A stretch of 64,000 nucleotides of DNA from Alteriqipengyuania sp. (GTDB lineage: Bacteria > Pseudomonadota > Alphaproteobacteria > Sphingomonadales > Sphingomonadaceae). The position numbers were made by a program, and so were the translations under genes. The first letter of the stretch is position 1. Every line of letters begins with the position of its first letter. This document shows, in pieces, positions 61,220 to 64,000 of this stretch. Under the pieces are notes generated by a model. It worked only from the letters and a program-made list of their open reading frames with translations, searched no databases and had not been told where the DNA came from. The stretch is taken from contig CAXQBC010000013.1 in assembly GCA_964222325.1 (NCBI GenBank), positions 59,072 to 123,071 on the forward strand, in the 5' to 3' direction.

Positions 61220-64000
61220 TCTTCTTCTCCTTGGGGTTGGGTTGGCCGTTCCGGCCGGGGACGACGCAGCAACAGATAGGCTGCGGGAAGCACGAACATG
61301 GACAGGAGCGGCGCGGTGATCATCCCGCCGATCATCGGCGCGGCGATGCGGCTCATCACTTCGGAGCCAGCCCCAGTGCCGATCAGGATCGGAAACAGGC
61401 CGGCGAGGATGACCGCGACGGTCATTGCCTTGGGCCGGACGCGCAACAATGCCCCTTCACGGATGGCGGCGGAGACTTCCTCCGCATCCGGGTCCTCACC
61501 GCGCCGCTCCAGCGCAGCTTTCAGATAGATCAGCATGATGACGCCAAATTCGGCTGACACCCCGGCCAGCGCGATGAAGCCGACGGCGGTCGCGACCGAC
61601 TGGTTGTATCCCATCAGGTAAAGCAGCCAGAAGCCGCCTGTCAGCGCGAACGGCAAGGTGCCCATGATGAGCAGCGCCTCGTCGAACCGGCGGAAGATCA
61701 GGTAAAGCAGCAGGAATATGATCGCGAGCGTAGCCGGAACGACGATCTGCAGACGTTCGTAGGCCCGCGTGAGATATTCAAACTGCCCGGCATAGGACAG
61801 GCTGACGCCCGGAGGCAGATCGACCTCGGCCGCGATAACCTCCTGCAGATCGCCAACCACAGAAGACAGATCGCGCCCGCGCACATCGATATAGACATAG
61901 CTTGTGGGACGGCCCTGTTCGCTCTTGAGCATGGGCGGGCCGCTGGTCACACGCACCTGCGCAACGGTACCAAGCGTGATCTGCTGACCAGACGGGGTCA
62001 GCACCGGCAGATTGCGCAGCTCGTCGACACTGTCGCGGATCTCGCGCGGATAGCGAACATTGATCGGGTATCTTGCGAGGCCTTCGACTGTACGGGCCAC
62101 ATTGGCACCGCCAATTGCGCCGGAGACGATCTGCTGCACGTCGGCGATGTTGAGACCGTAGCGGGCCGCTTCCAGCCGGTCGATATCGACATCGACATAG
62201 CGGCCTCCCGACAGCCTTTCAGCCAGCGCAGAACTGACGCCGGGAATGTTCTTTGCCGCCTGTTCGATCTGGAGCGCGACGCGTTCCAGCTCGCCGAGAT
62301 CTTCGCCCGAAACCTTGACCCCGATCGGGCTCTTGATCCCGGTTGCGAGCATGTCGATCCGGTTGCGGATCGGCGGCACCCATACATTGGCAAGGCCAGG
62401 CACCTGCACGGCGCGGTCCAGTTCCTCGACCAGCATATCCGGTGTCATGCCCTCGCGCCACTCATCGCGTGGTTTGAAGCGGATGGTCGTCTCGAACATT
62501 GTGAGAGGGGCGGGATCGGTGGCGGTATCGGCGCGCCCGGCCTTGCCGAACACGGTTTCGACTTCCGGTACGGTCATGATCAGCCGGTCGGTGCGCTGTA
62601 GCAGCGCTGACGCCTCTCCGGGAGACAATCCAGGCAGGGCGCTGGGCATGTAGAGCAGGTCGCCTTCGTCGAGCGGCGGCAGGAATTCGCCGCCAAGCCG
62701 CGAGAAGGGAACGAGCGTGGTCAGGAAGACCAGCCCAGCGATGACCAAAGCGGTCTTCGGGCGGCGCATCACCCAGTCTAGCCCGGGCCGATAGGCCCGG
62801 GTCAGCACGCGATTGACCGGGTTGCTGTCCTCTGCCGGAATCTTTCCGCGCACCAGCCATCCCATCAGCACCGGAACCAGAGTGATCGACAGGATCGCAG
62901 CAGCCGCCATGGCATAGGTCTTGGTAAAGGCCAGCGGTGCGAACAGCCGTCCCTCCTGCGCCTGCAAGGTGAACACCGGCAGAAACGACAAGGTGATGAT
63001 CAGCAGGCTGAAAAACAGCGCCGGGCCGACTTCCTTCGAGGCATCCGCGACGATCCGCCAGCGCTCCTGGACGGACAGAACCGTGTCAGGGTTCTCCTCG
63101 GCCCAGCGCTCCAGATGCTTGTGGGCGTTCTCGATCATCACCACCGCAGCATCGACCATCGCGCCGACCGCGATGGCGATCCCGCCAAGAGACATGATGT
63201 TCGCGTTTACGCCCTGAAAGCGCATCACGATGAAGGCCGCGAGCACGCCGAGCGGAAGGGTGACGACCGCGACGAGTGCCGAGCGCGCGTGCCACAGGAA
63301 CAGCAGGCACACCAGGGCAACGACAATGAATTCCTCGATGAGCTTGGAGGTCAGGTTTTCGACCGAAGCATCGATCAATTGCGAACGGTCGTAGGTGGTG
63401 ACGATCTCGACCCCTTCGGGCAGGCTTGCCTGCAATTGTTCGAGCTTCGCTTCGACCGCCGCAATTGCGCTGCGCGCATCGGCGCCCTGGCGCAGAATGA
63501 CGATACCGCCGGCAACCTCGCCTTCGCCGTTGAGTTCCGCAATGCCGCGCCGCAGCTCCGGGCCGATCTGGATATTGGCCACATCGTCCAGCGTTACCGG
63601 AGTGCCGCCCGCTTCGGCGCGCAAGGGTATGCTGCGAAAATCCGCCAGCGTGCCGAGATAGCCCGAGGCACGGACCATATATTCGGCCTCGCCCATTTCG
63701 ACGATAGAGCCCCCGGTTTCCTGATTGCCTGCCTGCACCGCGCGGACCACTTGCGCGTGCGTCACGCCCAGCGAAGCCATGCGATAGGGGTCGAGCACGA
63801 TCTGGTACTGCTTGACCATGCCGCCCACGCTGGCGACTTCGGCGATGCCGGGAATGGTTTTCAGCTCGTAGCGCAGGAACCAGTCCTGCAGGCTCCTGAG
63901 CCCGGCCAAGTCGTGACCGCCGCTGCGGTCGACCAGCGCATATTCGTAGATCCAGCCCACCCCGGTTGCATCAGGGCCGAGTGTGCTCTGAACCCCGTCG
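61198..64000 (-). CDS. cusA: CusA-type heavy-metal efflux RND transporter (5' end outside window)
   Basis: The frame is open to the window edge (...[54 protein letters not shown]). It is very close to my recollection of E. coli CusA in this segment. Confidence 0.93.
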   Translation of the reverse strand, partial: DGVQSTLGPDATGVGWIYEYALVDRSGGHDLAGLRSLQDWFLRYELKTIPGIAEVASVGGMVKQYQIVLDPYRMASLGVTHAQVVRAVQAGNQETGGSIVEMGEAEYMVRASGYLGTLADFRSIPLRAEAGGTPVTLDDVANIQIGPELRRGIAELNGEGEVAGGIVILRQGADARSAIAAVEAKLEQLQASLPEGVEIVTTYDRSQLIDASVENLTSKLIEEFIVVALVCLLFLWHARSALVAVVTLPLGVLAAFIVMRFQGVNANIMSLGGIAIAVGAMVDAAVVMIENAHKHLERWAEENPDTVLSVQERWRIVADASKEVGPALFFSLLIITLSFLPVFTLQAQEGRLFAPLAFTKTYAMAAAAILSITLVPVLMGWLVRGKIPAEDSNPVNRVLTRAYRPGLDWVMRRPKTALVIAGLVFLTTLVPFSRLGGEFLPPLDEGDLLYMPSALPGLSPGEASALLQRTDRLIMTVPEVETVFGKAGRADTATDPAPLTMFETTIRFKPRDEWREGMTPDMLVEELDRAVQVPGLANVWVPPIRNRIDMLATGIKSPIGVKVSGEDLGELERVALQIEQAAKNIPGVSSALAERLSGGRYVDVDIDRLEAARYGLNIADVQQIVSGAIGGANVARTVEGLARYPINVRYPREIRDSVDELRNLPVLTPSGQQITLGTVAQVRVTSGPPMLKSEQGRPTSYVYIDVRGRDLSSVVGDLQEVIAAEVDLPPGVSLSYAGQFEYLTRAYERLQIVVPATLAIIFLLLYLIFRRFDEALLIMGTLPFALTGGFWLLYLMGYNQSVATAVGFIALAGVSAEFGVIMLIYLKAALERRGEDPDAEEVSAAIREGALLRVRPKAMTVAVILAGLFPILIGTGAGSEVMSRIAAPMIGGMITAPLLSMFVLPAAYLLLRRPRPERPTQPQGEEECVTQPS

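Larger units (their letters stand above)
36693..64000. other. Putative heavy-metal/sulfide-stress genomic island (right end outside window)
   Basis: An ORF-free AT-richer stretch at 36.7-37.2 kb is followed by about 27 kb containing almost only metal- and sulfide-related genes. No integrase or transposase is present in the window. Confidence 0.4.

Noticed and set aside
1-64000. CRISPR arrays, rRNA/tRNA genes, transposases, integrases, reverse transcriptases and recognisable phage-defence operons
   Set aside because: I looked through the ORF translations and intergenic regions and saw none. This was a visual scan only, so short or degenerate elements could have been missed.

Overview
High-GC alphaproteobacterial chromosome segment. 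The gene content and the GCTGAGCTTGTCGAAG-type palindromic intergenic repeats suggest Sphingomonadales/Erythrobacteraceae, but this is inference only.

Part 1 (1 to ~36.7 kb) mixes housekeeping and accessory genes:
- plsY (partial), murI, hemA (ALA synthase) and a SleB-like cell-wall hydrolase.
- An alternative polyamine pathway (ornithine/lysine decarboxylase, carboxy(nor)spermidine dehydrogenase and decarboxylase), split by a serine hydrolase and an inverted-repeat-bounded GxxExxY cassette.
- btaA-btaB betaine-lipid genes, tandem MAPEG genes, trxB and a DEAD-box helicase.
- A stress/NHEJ block (DUF3008, SDR, ligD, ku).
- An AraC regulator, a secreted protein built from three four-Cys repeats, and a ~1890-aa autotransporter.

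Part 2 (~36.7-64 kb) is a dense copper/heavy-metal plus sulfide-stress island with no integrase or transposase in the window:
- A CnrYXH-like ECF sigma module followed by copA-copB.
- DUF411, a CueO-like oxidase, a YHS-type P1B ATPase, CusF and CusA (partial).
- A BigR/SqrR-type persulfide module.
- Several uncharacterised Met/His-rich periplasmic and membrane proteins.

The best-supported new observation is a bipartite promoter-like motif, TTGAGGG-N16-CGTA, found by eye five times. Each copy points at a gene start: the anti-sigma/sensor/sigma operon itself, copAB, the DUF411 operon, a Met/His-rich periplasmic protein, and an APC-family permease. Together they outline a candidate ECF regulon. 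Its periplasmic sensor keeps the full CnrX-type ligand set but is wired to copper hardware.

I saw no rRNA, tRNA, CRISPR array or intact mobile-element gene. All family assignments come from reading the translations and recalling motifs. Nothing was searched against a database.
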